A stretch of 63,170 nucleotides of DNA, the filler included, from Collodictyon triciliatum (taxonomy: Eukaryota), in the NCBI GenBank assembly GCA_043381765.1. It is 5 parts of 5 records of this genome, joined end to end, with 100 filler letters (N's around TTAATTAATTAA, not from the genome) between each part and the next. Parts side by side here need not be neighbours in the genome. Positions count along the whole stretch, not along the records: positions 1 to 12,591 come from JBHJMP010002141.1; 4 more parts are not named here. The stretch is one strand, 5' to 3'. The translations under genes were made by a program, and so were the position numbers. This document shows positions 1-11,239 of this stretch, one piece after another. Below the pieces are notes generated by a model. It made no database searches. It worked only from the letters and a program-made list of their open reading frames with translations, and was not told the DNA's origin. The first letter of the stretch is position 1. Every line of letters begins with the position of its first letter.

Positions 1-97
1 ACTAATAATAATACTAATAATAATACTAATAATAATACTAATAATAATACTAATAATAATACTAATAATAATACTAATAATAATACTAATAATAATA
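1..97. repeat. (ACTAATAATAAT)n microsatellite at scaffold end
   Basis: Direct tandem repeat visible. Confidence 0.95.
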
Positions 98-948
98 AAG
101 GGGAATAAAAAAAGGCCTCGGGCTCAAGCCATCGGCCCACGGGCAGCAAGATTATTATGATTATAGTGTTCAGTATTAGTTGCTCGGATTCATTTATCTT
201 TTCTTTTTTTTCTTTTTTCTGTTTTCTTCGGTCTCATTCAGCCTGTAAATGGATATACTCCATAACAAAGGTTGTGACGAGCTTGGTTTTATCCCTCTCA
301 AGGCACAACACTTTTTATACAACGAAAGTGTACCCATATATAGCAATTTATTGCACAGACAACCATCGAGTTAAATCTTGATTGCAAAAGCAGAGGCATT
401 GATGAATCCAAGAAACAATCTGAATAATACAACAGTATGATTAGTATAAAATAAAATAAGGTTAAAACTACTTAATAATCATTCTATTCATGTAATCAAT
501 TTATATTTTATTTTCCATTTATGCAATATCACTAAAATTAAAAAATTAAAAAGAAACCCTTGCCTTGGCCTAGGCAGAACCCGCCCTATAAACCTGCCAC
601 CAAATATGCATTCCAAAAAAGCATACTATCCACACTTGCGGCGGTAATCATGTTGTTTGGGGCTGATATGTTGACTTTCAGTCTCAATGGCGAAACAGCC
701 GTCCTTTCGAACTCGCCGAATCGGCTCTCAGTGTTTTGTCATAAATCACTTCTAAAAAAACTTGGTGTGTTCCTTTGCCACAATGCGCACATTTTGAGAG
801 CCTCGGCAGATGCTTAATTTTACCTAAATTGATTTTGTGCAGTTTTTTTTTTATTGTTAAATTGACTGATTGACTAATTGAGTAAAGTTTTATTCAAATT
901 GAAAACTCGGTAGTTTTCTAAAGGAAAAAGTAAAACAAAGACTTTCAG

Positions 949-2835
949 ATGAAGAAAAGAAAACGTCTTGAGTCTGAGAATATAAAGTCTGTAAAACCAC
1001 ATTATCGAAATGTGAAAACATCTCTAAAGTCGATTGTAAAGAATGCGGATGATTATTGCAAAATCGATGATACGGTTTTATTGTGTCATAACTTGGTTAC
1101 CGACACTTATCTGTTTGCAAGATGTTACATGTTGAAATCATGACAACTTCCCAACAATCGATGAAATGTTTTTTTTTTTTTTTTTTGTACGCTTTAGAGA
1201 CAGTCGGAGTAGATTCACAAGATAGACCCACAAGATTAAAAACCAGATATGAGATATGGCATGGTGACTTTTTATCTATATGATTTTCGATTCCTTTTGT
1301 CCCGAGAAGAGCGCTTTCCGTTGGTTAGACTGTCTCATGTATCACCGTACTTGGCGAAGCAAATGTTAACAGCTTATCATAATAGCATTAAGGAACATTT
1401 TGTAAAGAGGTTACTGCGCTTTATAAATCAAACAGTTCCTGAAGATGACAATGTTACGGAGCTATCAAAAAGCCAAAGTTACGAAAGTTAAAACAGCCAT
1501 CTTCAAGAAACTCGAAATACTGGAACAATATAAAGAATTAGGCTACAACGCGTTTGCATCATATCATTCCCAGCGATATTGTAAAAGGTATCGAATATGA
1601 CGTCAAAGCCAATCCAAATAAGTACATTCCATATGTGATTTACATGAATCGCATTTTTTAGGACATCGGAACCAAAAACTGTTTCAACCAATCTCTAAAA
1701 GAACTAATTATTTACCATGTCATATTACCCTAGATGCCACATGTTTGATATAGCTATTATAATTAACTGGAAAAACATCATCAATGAAGAATAAATCAGG
1801 ATGAAAAGAGACCCTATGGAATGACTTCTTTGAAATGAAGAAGAGAGTCTTTCATCAAATAGACTACAGTTTTAAATACATGATACAAACAGACAGCTTG
1901 GCGGTGTCATTATTGTTTGAAAAGAAAGGTATTTCAAATTCAAGATTCAAATATAACCAAAAAACCCCCAATAATATGTTTATATAGATGAACTTTCCGA
2001 AGAACAGTTATCCTGATTAGAGACAAAAAAAATATAGCTGGAGTGAATGCAGGCAAGTTTAATTTGGTTTACACGGTAGATGAGAAAGGTAAGAAATTAC
2101 TTTACTCGGCACAAAGAAGACATGGCAGCAAATCTCCTAAAAATCACAAAATACTCTTGCGAAAAAAAAAGAAGAAAAGTACAATTATTCAGCGATATAC
2201 ATGGCAACAGGTTTACAATGTGCTATTTCTTTTGGTGCCATGACTTTTGAAGAGAATGAGTAGCTTGAGATATCAAGAGTATCTTTTATCGATTTAGAGA
2301 CAGAACTGAGTAAGCATAATTCATGCACTGTCGATTATGAAAAAATTTCGAGAGTATTATCCATGACATCAAGATTCCAGATAGAACTACCCAGATTTTA
2401 TAAACAAGTAACTTTTCGAAAGATGGGATAGAGACACTATGTTAATACAAAAAGTGAAGAATTGTTTATGAACCGAATCGAAAAGACATTTGGCAAGGAT
2501 GTTGTACTGGTGAATGGAGACTGGAGCAGAAAATGTCTGATGAAACATTTAATTGCAACAATTGGAAGAGGATTACGAAAAATACTATCCAAACGCTTTG
2601 AAACAGTTAGTGTGGATTAATTCAGAACCTCCAAGATGAGTTGTAACTGCGAAAAAGAATAGGAATATATGACACCGAAAGGAAATTCAAAAAAAGTATA
2701 TAGATGTCTCATATGTAAAGAATGCAATCGGCCAGAAGGCAAACAAAGTGCATTCTTGACAACGGACTTTAACAGCTCTAATAACACTCAAGAAAGGTCT
2801 TTTAATCCTTCAAAATATTCATACACCTTTCTCTA
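949..2835 (+). pseudogene. Fanzor1 (TnpB-like RuvC RNA-guided endonuclease), copy 1, with many stops and frameshifts; ~620 codons
   Basis: Broken ORFs read MKKRKR..YRNVKTSLKSIVKN, MIQTDSLAVSLLF, GVNAGKFNLVY (RuvC-I), NGDWSRKCLMKH, VD*FRTSKMSCNC (Glu codon is TAA at 2618-2620), CLICKEC, LTTDFNSSNN (RuvC-III). Confidence 0.88.
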
Positions 2836-2841
2836 AAAAAT

Positions 2842-2964
2842 AGGCTGTCGGGTCTTTCCCCTGGTAGCCTTTACCACTACTCGACCTCTTTGTGAAAAAA
2901 GTGGTGAGACCTTGGAAACTAGCGGACGAAGTTTACCAGTCGAAAGATGGTATATCTCTTCTAG
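2842..2964 (+). ncRNA. Putative Fanzor omegaRNA scaffold, copy 1
   Basis: Conserved in three copies. Hairpins aggctgtcggg/cctggtagcct, ttaccact/agtggtga and taccagtc-GAAA-gatggta, plus closing actag/ctagt. The 5' boundary is uncertain. Confidence 0.7.
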
Positions 2965-3122
2965 TAAAGAAAAAAAGAGCAAATCTTCTCCTAAAAGCTC
3001 TAACCAATCGACGCCAATCAATATAGTCATACCTTATCCTATAACCCAACAAAGAAGGGGAACAAAAGAGAGAACTGGGAATTATGGGCACGATCATCAA
3101 GTTACGAGCGGCCACAAAACTG

Positions 3123-3164
3123 ACAGATCACACAGATCACACAGATCACACAGATCACACAGAT
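3123..3164. repeat. Tandem 10-mer (ACAGATCACA) x4
   Basis: Direct observation. Confidence 0.9.
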
Positions 3165-3632
3165 AAGAGTAGTGACGGATAAGCTGTCCGCAGGAGCAAA
3201 CCAGACGCACAAATGAGCAGCTATTCCAAGTCGCGCTCGCTCTTCCACCAACTCGCCCCGGCAGCAATCCTGGAGGACGATCACGAAGCAGATCCATCAA
3301 ACAACTCAAACGAAGCTGGTCCAAAGGCCAGATCGGAGCTTGACTTGGAGCCGAAAAGCCAGACTGTGCGGGGCAGAACGGAAACAACGACGCTGCCGCA
3401 GGGCATTCAGTCCCGTTTTTTTGCTCTGCGCGACTCTTTTCGGGCCCGTCGCATCTCTGACGGCTCCCGAACAAATCGCACTCGCTCGGCCTTGTTGCAG
3501 GAGCCTTTTTCCTCGGATCCTGCAAGTCTGTGCCCAAGCCTCTGGAACAAAGACGCCTTCTCCCCTTTGTCCGAAGAAACAAGTTTGTTTAGATTCTTTT
3601 GCTCACATGTCAAATATATAATTTTATCGATA

Positions 3633-5120
3633 ATGAAGAAAAGAAAAANNNNNNNNNNNNNNNNNNNNNNNNNNNNNNNNNNNNNNNNNNNNNNNNNNNN
3701 NNNNNNNNNNNNNNNNNNNNNNNNNNNNNNNNNNNNNNNNNNNNNNNNNNNNNNNNNNNNNNNNNNNNNNNNNNNNNNNNNNNNNAAAAAGACATCTTCA
3801 AGAAACTCGACATACCGAACAATATAAAGAATGGGCTATAACGCATTTGAATCGTATGATTCCCAGCGATATTGTAAATGATATCGAATATGACGTCAAG
3901 GTCAATCCAAACAAGTACATACCATGTCTGATTTACACGAATCGCATTTTTGAGGACATTGGAGCCAAACTGTTTCAACCAATCTCTATAAGAACTAACA
4001 ATATACCATGTCATATTACTCCAGATACTGCATGTTTGATAGATCTATTAGTATTATCTGGAAAAACATTGTTAATGAAGAATATATCAGGGTGCAAAGA
4101 GGCCCTATGGGATAATTTCTTTGAAATGAAGAGGGTCATTCATCATAGAGACTACAATTTTAAATACATGATACAAACAGACGGCTTGGCGGTTTCATTA
4201 CTATTTGAAAAGAAAGGTATTTCAAATTAAATATACAATTTAATTAAAGACCCAAGAATATGTCTATATTGATGAACTTTCCGAAGAGCGATTATCTTTA
4301 TTAGCGAAAAAAAAAATAGTTGGAGTGGACGCTGGCAAGCTTAATTTGGTTTACATGGTGTGTGAGACAGGTAAGAAATTACGTTACACGGCACATCAAA
4401 GAAGACATGATAGCAAATCTCTTAAAAATCACAAAATACTCTTGCGCGAGAAAAAGAAAGTACAATTATTCAGGGATATGCATGTCAACAGGTTTACAAA
4501 GTGCTGTTTCTTTTGGTCACAGGACTTAAGAAGAAAATCAGCAGTTTGAGACATCAAGAGCATCTTTAATCGATTTGGAGACAGAACTGAGTAAACATAA
4601 TTCATGCACTGTCGATTATGAAAAATTTCGAAAATATGTATCTATGAAATCAAGATACCAGATAGAATTATCCAGATTTTATGAAGAAACTTTTCGAAAG
4701 ATGATAAGGAGATAACATGTTAATACAAAAAGAACCGAACTATTGTTTATGGACTTAATCGAAAAGACACTTGGCAAGGATGTTGTACTGGTCTATGGAG
4801 ACTGGAGCAGAAATTCTCAGATGAAACATTTTATGCCAACAATCGGAAGAGTATTACGAAAAATACTATCCAAATGTCATGATACCATTAGTGTAAATGG
4901 ATTTAGAACCTCCAAGATGTGCTGCAACTGCGAAAAAGAACTGGAATATATGAAACTGAAAGGAAACTCAAAAAAAAAAGTGTATAGATGTCTCATATGT
5001 AAAGAATGCAATCGCTCAGAAAGCAACTAAAGTGTATTCTTGACAAAGGACTCTATCAGCGCTAATAATATGATCAACAAAGTTCTTTTAATCCTTCAAA
5101 ATATGCAAACACCTTTAAAA
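3633..5120 (+). pseudogene. Fanzor1 copy 2, with a gap in the 5' part and stops/frameshifts
   Basis: MIQTDGLAVSLLF, GVDAGKLNLVY, YGDWSRNSQMKHFMPTIG, VNGFRTSKMCCNC..CLICKEC, LTKDSISANN; colinear with copy 1 from ~3786. The 5' start is uncertain because of the N gap. Confidence 0.88.
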
Positions 5121-5123
5121 AAC

Positions 5124-5244
5124 AGGCTGTCAGGTCAGTCCTGGCGGCCTTCACCACTACACGACCTTTGTGAAAAAAAGTGGTGAGACTTAGGATACTA
5201 GCGCACCAAGTTTACCAATCGAGAGATTGGTATGCCCCTTCTAG
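5124..5244 (+). ncRNA. Putative Fanzor omegaRNA scaffold, copy 2
   Basis: aggctgtcagg/cctggcggcct; tcaccact/agtggtga; perfect taccaatc-GAGA-gattggta; tactag/ctagta. Confidence 0.7.
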
Positions 5245-5612
5245 TAAAATATGTGTTCTTGGACAGACAAGGTACAATAGTTATTTTGCACTATGCTGCT
5301 GTGCAATGTGCCCACCCTTCAATATCACTACATCCATCGAAATATATGATATTCGGTTCATTAGTTGAAACAGTACATGTTCACACTGTATACTTGACTC
5401 ACGTCTGTCATTTGACATGTGGGCTATAATACCCCATTGAATTATTGAGAAACTAAAAGTTTGATTGATTAACCATCTTCATCCCAAATCGGTGGCAGAA
5501 TATGCCATGAACAAGTATATTCGATGGTATTTTTATATAAGTAATAATGATATAATTATCCCTGTCGCCGCCTACATAACGAAAAAAATACGATGTTGTC
5601 CACATAAGCAGC

Positions 5613-6678
5613 TCAATCATCATCTGACGGATCTGAATCAACCCCTTTAAACTGGTATTGTGACCCTTGTTCTAGTGCTTCCATTGGTTTCTTAGTTGTT
5701 TGCCTTTCATTTGTCGGAGGTGGCTTTGGTTTGAATGCAAAGCGTTGAATGTTTGGAGAAGGTCGTAAAATTGAATATCCAACTGGTGATTTGGATTTTC
5801 TGCCATAGAAATCATAAGTCGTATCAGGCATGGTTGCAGCAGAGACAGAAGAAGGGGCGCGAGGAGTTTGCTGATAGTGTGATACTGCAGACACTGAGCG
5901 GGCTCTTTGCTTCATTTCCCAGTAAGTTTCCTTTTCCTGGTGATGTGAGCGGCAGAGCATTATGTGAGCATGTTTGATTTGGGTACACGGCTCGTGGTCA
6001 TGAAGATGAACATCTTTGAGAAGATATTTGTGAGGCTACACTACCTTCCATTTCCTTCTCTTCTCTCTGGCTGTTTCCTCATCCCTAGCTGCTCGAGCAG
6101 ATAGTACCTTCGTGTAGTGTGACCTTTCTTCGTCAAACTATTTAAAAAGAAAAAAGATGATGAGATGAGATGAGGTGAGATGATTAGCATTGATTGAAAA
6201 ACATAGTAGGTTTATACACATATTTTCAGTTTTCCTAAGCGTATGACTTATGTATAATTCTCCTTTCTTCATTTTAAATACATTATCATTGCTTTTTTAT
6301 ATTTAGTTGTTTCCAGTGGCAATATGATCTAGATATTTAATATGACACTTTCATGTTTCTTTTCGGTCTTTTTTGTTTGTTTTGTTTGTTTTGTTTGTTT
6401 TGTTTGTTTTGTTTGTTTTGTTTGTTTTGTTCGTTTTGTTCTGTTTTGTTTTGTTTTGTTTTGTTTTGTTTTGTTTTGTTTTGTTTTGTTTTGTTTTATT
6501 TTGTTTTGTTTTGTTTTATTTTGTTTTGTTTGTTTCGTTTGTTTCGTTTGTTTCGTTTGTTTTGTTTGTTTTGTTTGTTTTGTTCGTTTTGTTCGTTTTG
6601 TTTGTTTTGTTCGTTTTGTTTTGTTTTGTTTTGTTTTGTTTTGTTTTGTTTTGTTTTGTTTTGTTTTGTTTTGTTTTG

Positions 6679-6709
<31 letters not shown>

Positions 6710-8264
6710 TGTTATAAATATGTTTCCATCGAGAAAATTGAGACCAAATATAAGTTGAATAGATAAAAATAATTTCGAGACATACCTTTTTTCTTCGAAC
6801 TTTTTCCTGCTCTCGAGGTGTAAACATTAATACATCAGACTTGTTCAACTCTTCGTAATTCCTCTCTGCGTTCAAATATTGTATTCGGCTTTCCAAAGTG
6901 TATCGCTCTGGTATCACCGAGATTTTCCATTTTAAAAAAAATCAGCATTAATTATTTCTTCAAAAGAATGCAAAAGGGTTCCAAAGTCGACCCGTTGAAA
7001 AAAGGAGAAGAAAAATGGAGGTAGGGTGTCACCTTCTGATGTTTTTTTTTATCGATTTGGATTCTAGATACAGATATAGTACAAAAGGAAGTATGCACAT
7101 GGATAACTTTCATATCAATACCGATTCTATCTTGCAAGGACTTCCTCTCTTTTGGGTCGTTCCGATATCTTTCTATTTTCGCATTCACTTGGGTGACTGC
7201 ACCAGTTTGCTTGCTTCGAGGTGATGGATTTTCTATATCTTCGATTGTAGATGCCTTCCATACAACAGCTTTGAACAGAGATAAGAAAATGAACATTTGA
7301 TCAGTAAAGTCTATGATTATATTATTTTTTCCGAAAAAAAAAAGCAAGGAAATATATAATAGAAAAAAAAGCCTCTTTATTCAAAATCGCATTTAAATTT
7401 TAAGCAGTTTTCAAATGCACTATATCGTATTGGAAAAAATTCTTTATAGTACGATAAAGTCAAAATAGGTAAAAACATGAGTGGTGATAAAAGTTGCAAA
7501 CCTTTCTTCACGGGAGCTTCCGGTAATTGTGATAAACCCGTGATTGTATGTTTTCCTGCTCGACGAAACAAGAAAAACAACGATAACAATGATAACAACG
7601 ACAAAAATTTTTTATTTATTTCGAAAAAAAAAAAGAAGACATATTAATTGTTTTATATTGTTGTTAATACTATCTTTCATGTGGGAGGAAATCAGGTTAT
7701 AGCAATATGAACAACGATGAACACATAAAATAATTCAATACCGAGCATCTCGACTATTTCTGAGTAGACAGAATCAAACTTTTCATGATCCGCAGAGGGA
7801 ATCTCCAAATTGTCAGAGGATAGGAGCCCATGACTTTCATGTACATTATTTGATTGCAATGCTGATGATGCATTCAGCGCACGAATTAGCGGCGCAGCCC
7901 GTTGATTGTGCCTTGCAGTAACTTCACAGAGAGCCACTGGTGTTGGTTGTGTAGCGGTGCGGGCGGGACTCTGAGTCAACGTTAGGAAATCCAGTCGTGG
8001 GATATGAGGAAGATGTCTTTGTGAGAGTAGGGCGTTGTTTTCTGGTCCTATATTGTTTGCTTTTCCGGTGGGACGTGAGCTTGATGTCTCGTCTGCATCT
8101 TTTGTATTTCCGTCGTAGCCTTCGTCCAAGTCATCTTCGTGCAGGCCGCAGTCTGTCAGCGTGAAAGTTCCGCCTGCGTGAGCTTCGGCCTTGGAAGGGT
8201 TGCGACCGTGGCCCAGGATGCTTCTCATTCGCTCATCCACGCTGAGAGTAGGGAAGCGGATCAT
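5613..8264 (-). CDS. Multi-exon hypothetical protein
   Basis: Coding-like exons at ~7740-8264 (MIRFPTLSVDERMRS..), ~7190-7260, ~6785-6920 and ~5613-6140, separated by AT-rich or microsatellite introns; no family recognised. Confidence 0.55.
6370..6710. repeat. (TTTTG)n / (TTTGTTTTG)n microsatellite, intronic
   Basis: Direct observation. Confidence 0.95.
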
Positions 8265-8842
8265 TTTACTGTGTTTTGTTTTACTTGGCTTTGCTTTGAT
8301 ATGGTATGTCTTGTTCTCGGCGGTGAACTTGAAGTGGTTAAACAACAGGAGGCGGGGGCAAAGCTTGGTGGTTGCTTGATTCTTGTCACAGCGCCTAGAA
8401 GGGTTGAGGAAGTGTGGATGTCAGAACAAGGAAATAATATTTTTTTTTTTTTTTGTTTATTTGTTGTATTCAGTTGATAAAAACAGAAAATTCTATATGC
8501 AAGCCAGAAACGAGAACCAATGGCAGTGGGAATCGAGGCAAAGAAAAAGCGATTGCCTACGCTCAAGTCCAAGCGATACTCAGTGTAAACCCCAGGCGAT
8601 GCCCAGTTGTTGCGTTTGTCTTTTGTTTATTTTCCATGTTTATCTTTTTCGTGGAAGTACGACGGGCACTGCAGAGAAAAAGCGAAAAGGAAACAAAAAG
8701 AAAGGAAGACAAGGAGAAAGAAAGAAAAAACAAGAGGGCAAAGGTTTACACACAAAACAAATCGAAGCCAGACAAAGTCGTGTTGTGACGAAAAGAAGAA
8801 GAGTCAATCCTCCATGATTATATTGCTTTTCACGAGAGGTAT

Positions 8843-10081
8843 TCAAGAAAACAAGGGCAGGAAGGATTCCTCGTTATGTGTCCTGCGAATCGCCTCAGCC
8901 AGAAGCCGGGCCACGTTGCAGACAACAATCTTTTGCGATGCAGCAGCAGCGTTTTCGGACGAGATGGCCACCGTATTTGTCACAAAGACACGCTCGATTT
9001 CAATCCTGTTGATAATCTCCAGCGCGCCGGCAGAAAGCAACGGGTGAGTAGCACAGCCGACAAAGCGAGTCGCACCTGCTTTCTTGAGCGCCGCAACCGA
9101 TCTTTGGAAAGTGTGGCCAGTGTCGATGATATCATCCACAATAATCGCCTCCTTCCCATGCACATCTCCAATCACCGCGCCCGGGTCGTCCTCCGCAGAA
9201 GCCGCACTCTCCTCTGCCTTGGGCATGATGCGAAGCGCCGAGGGCGAGAGGGGATTGCCATACGCGCTCTTGGCCGAGTGCTGCGTCCCTGGAGTGATGT
9301 TCATATCGCTGGATCGGTTGTCGATGATGGCGAGCGATGCGTTCAGGCGACGAGCCACGTCTCGGGCCCGCTCAACGCTCCCTGAGTCTGGCGCCACAAC
9401 CACCAGGCGGTCTGGGCTAGCCAAGGCCGGCTGCAGCCGCTTGAGCTGGTCCACAAGCACCCCGGAGGCCATCAAATGGTCCACGGGGAGGTCAAAGAAG
9501 CCCTGGATTTGCCCCGCGTGCAGATCGATAGTCAGGAGGCGGTCAATGCCGGCCACCTGGTAGAGGTCCGCCACGAGCTTCGCAGAGATCGGGACGCGAG
9601 GGGCGGTCTTGCGGTCCTGCCGGGCATATCCGTAGTACGGGACAACGGCCGTGATTCTGCGTGCAGAGGCTCGCTTGATGGCGTCGATCAGAAGGAGAAG
9701 CTCCATCAGGTGGTCGTTGACGGGTGGGGATGTGGATTGAATCACAAAGACGTCTGCGCCTCGGATGTTTTCGTGGATGTGGACGCCAAGCTCCCCGTCA
9801 GGATGGCGAATAAGCTCCAGTTTCCCCAGAGGAACTCCCAGGCGCTGGCAGACCTCCTTGGCCACGGTAATGCTCGCATTTCCGGCAAAGATCTGAAACG
9901 GCACTTTACTTTAATATGAAAAACAGCGTTCGGTAGGGCGGTTTTGGCTGACTTGGTTTTGTTCTGCTGTTTCTTCTTCCTTTTTGGAGGGCCAAAGAAT
10001 GTGTGGAATAACAAAACAAAATAAAGTGCAAACATGATAGTCTGTTGAGTGTGTTTGAGGTACCTTGATTTCGTAGCCCAT
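8843..10081 (-). CDS. prs: Ribose-phosphate pyrophosphokinase (PRPP synthetase) family protein, 2 exons (10081-10064, 9892-8843), 355 aa
   Basis: Splicing GT(10063)..CAG(9893) gives MGYEIK|IFAGNAS; motifs ENIRGADVF, VPYYGYARQDRK, DLHAGQIQGFFD, IIVDDIIDTG, ATHPLLS. Confidence 0.93.
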
Positions 10082-10990
10082 ACGGCGTGGTGATGGTGGT
10101 GGTGGTGGTGATTAAAAAGGAAACCCCGTAGGCTGGGCCGGCTGGATTGGTGGGGCTGGGTGCTGGGCAAGCTGGCCTTGGCTTCTCTATGGGGAATCAA
10201 TTGAGAGTATGTTTCCTCAGAGTGGCCTTGCAGACAGGAATATTTTGGTTGCATGTGGCCACGGATCAAGTGCCTTCACGCTGTGAATTATCAAATGGTT
10301 GCAATTTCGGCGGATTTGAGTCTTCCGTGGTGTCGATACCGTTTCGCCAGAGAAAATTCACGCCTGATTTTGCAACTGCGTTGAGTCCACTGCTTTATTC
10401 TAATTTGGTATGATGACAATTTTTTTCCGGCATTTCTTAGATTCTTGCTGGAACCAGGGACACCGGAAAAGGCGGCATCTTTTTACGCTTCACAGCCTCC
10501 AAACAGATAAAAAGAAAGTGGAATGGAGAGAAGCAAGTTATCGTTTATAAACTAGTACAGAAACTTTTCTTGTTTCTCCCCGAAAAAGTTCCGATACAAC
10601 CAACCCATCAACAAAAGCTCTTTTTTTTTTTTTTTGAGCCTGGCACATATCAATCTCAGGACAAAGTTTGACATCAACATGGCGATTCATCTTGGTTTTC
10701 ACGCTCTTCTTTCCCCGCTATCCAACGGTGCGCGAGCAGTGCATGGGGTTTCAATATAATTGGAGTTGGGAATCGGCTTTAAATTTAATTTTTCAGGCTC
10801 TCCACATAAATTGTACAGATGATGGCGATGATGGTGTGTAGAAACAGCTTTCACAACATTTTTGATAGAGCCAGAACTTTGCGTTTGACTTTAAAAAAAA
10901 ATACAGATAGTCTAGGAATAGATAATCGACATCATGTTATATGAAAAAAAATCTAGATATACCCACCTAGCCAAAAGCTTATGGTAGCAT

Positions 10991-11090
10991 TGTTTGTTTG
11001 TTTGTTTGTTTGTTTGTTTGTTTGTTTGTTTGTTTGTTTGTTTGTTTGTTTGTTTGTTTGTTTGTTTGTTTGTTTGTTTGTTTGTTTGTT
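10991..11090. repeat. (TTTG)n microsatellite
   Basis: Direct observation. Confidence 0.95.
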
Positions 11091-11239
11091 AATCTAACCC
11101 TCGAATATTGACAGGGTGTTTATCATTTATTAGAATGTAAAAATAAACAGAGTATTGATGGGTCATAATTAAATCATTTGCAATAATTTTTTTTTTTTTT
11201 TACTAGTTGCTAGGAACAAGAGCTATTCTAACAATTTAC

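Noticed and set aside
540-948. Left end or TIR of Fanzor copy 1
   Set aside because: No inverted match to the 3' end, and no second intact 5' end is available for comparison
3123-3164. Short direct repeats near an RNA-guided nuclease, possible CRISPR array
   Set aside because: Perfect 10-mer tandem repeat with no spacers
6342-6917. Long F/V/C/L-rich ORFs, and similar poly-Y, poly-I or K/E-rich ORFs at 12465-12944, 37933-38304, 43535-43795, 50319-50585 and 62422-62949
   Set aside because: These are translations of microsatellites or low-complexity DNA
9893-9904. GTG start for the PRPP synthetase, suggesting a bacterial contaminant
   Set aside because: An upstream ATG exon (MGYEIK) splices in frame through a GT-AG intron, and the flanks are host-like
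8876-9919. Plus-strand ORFs overlapping prs
   Set aside because: Antisense shadows of a GC-rich coding sequence
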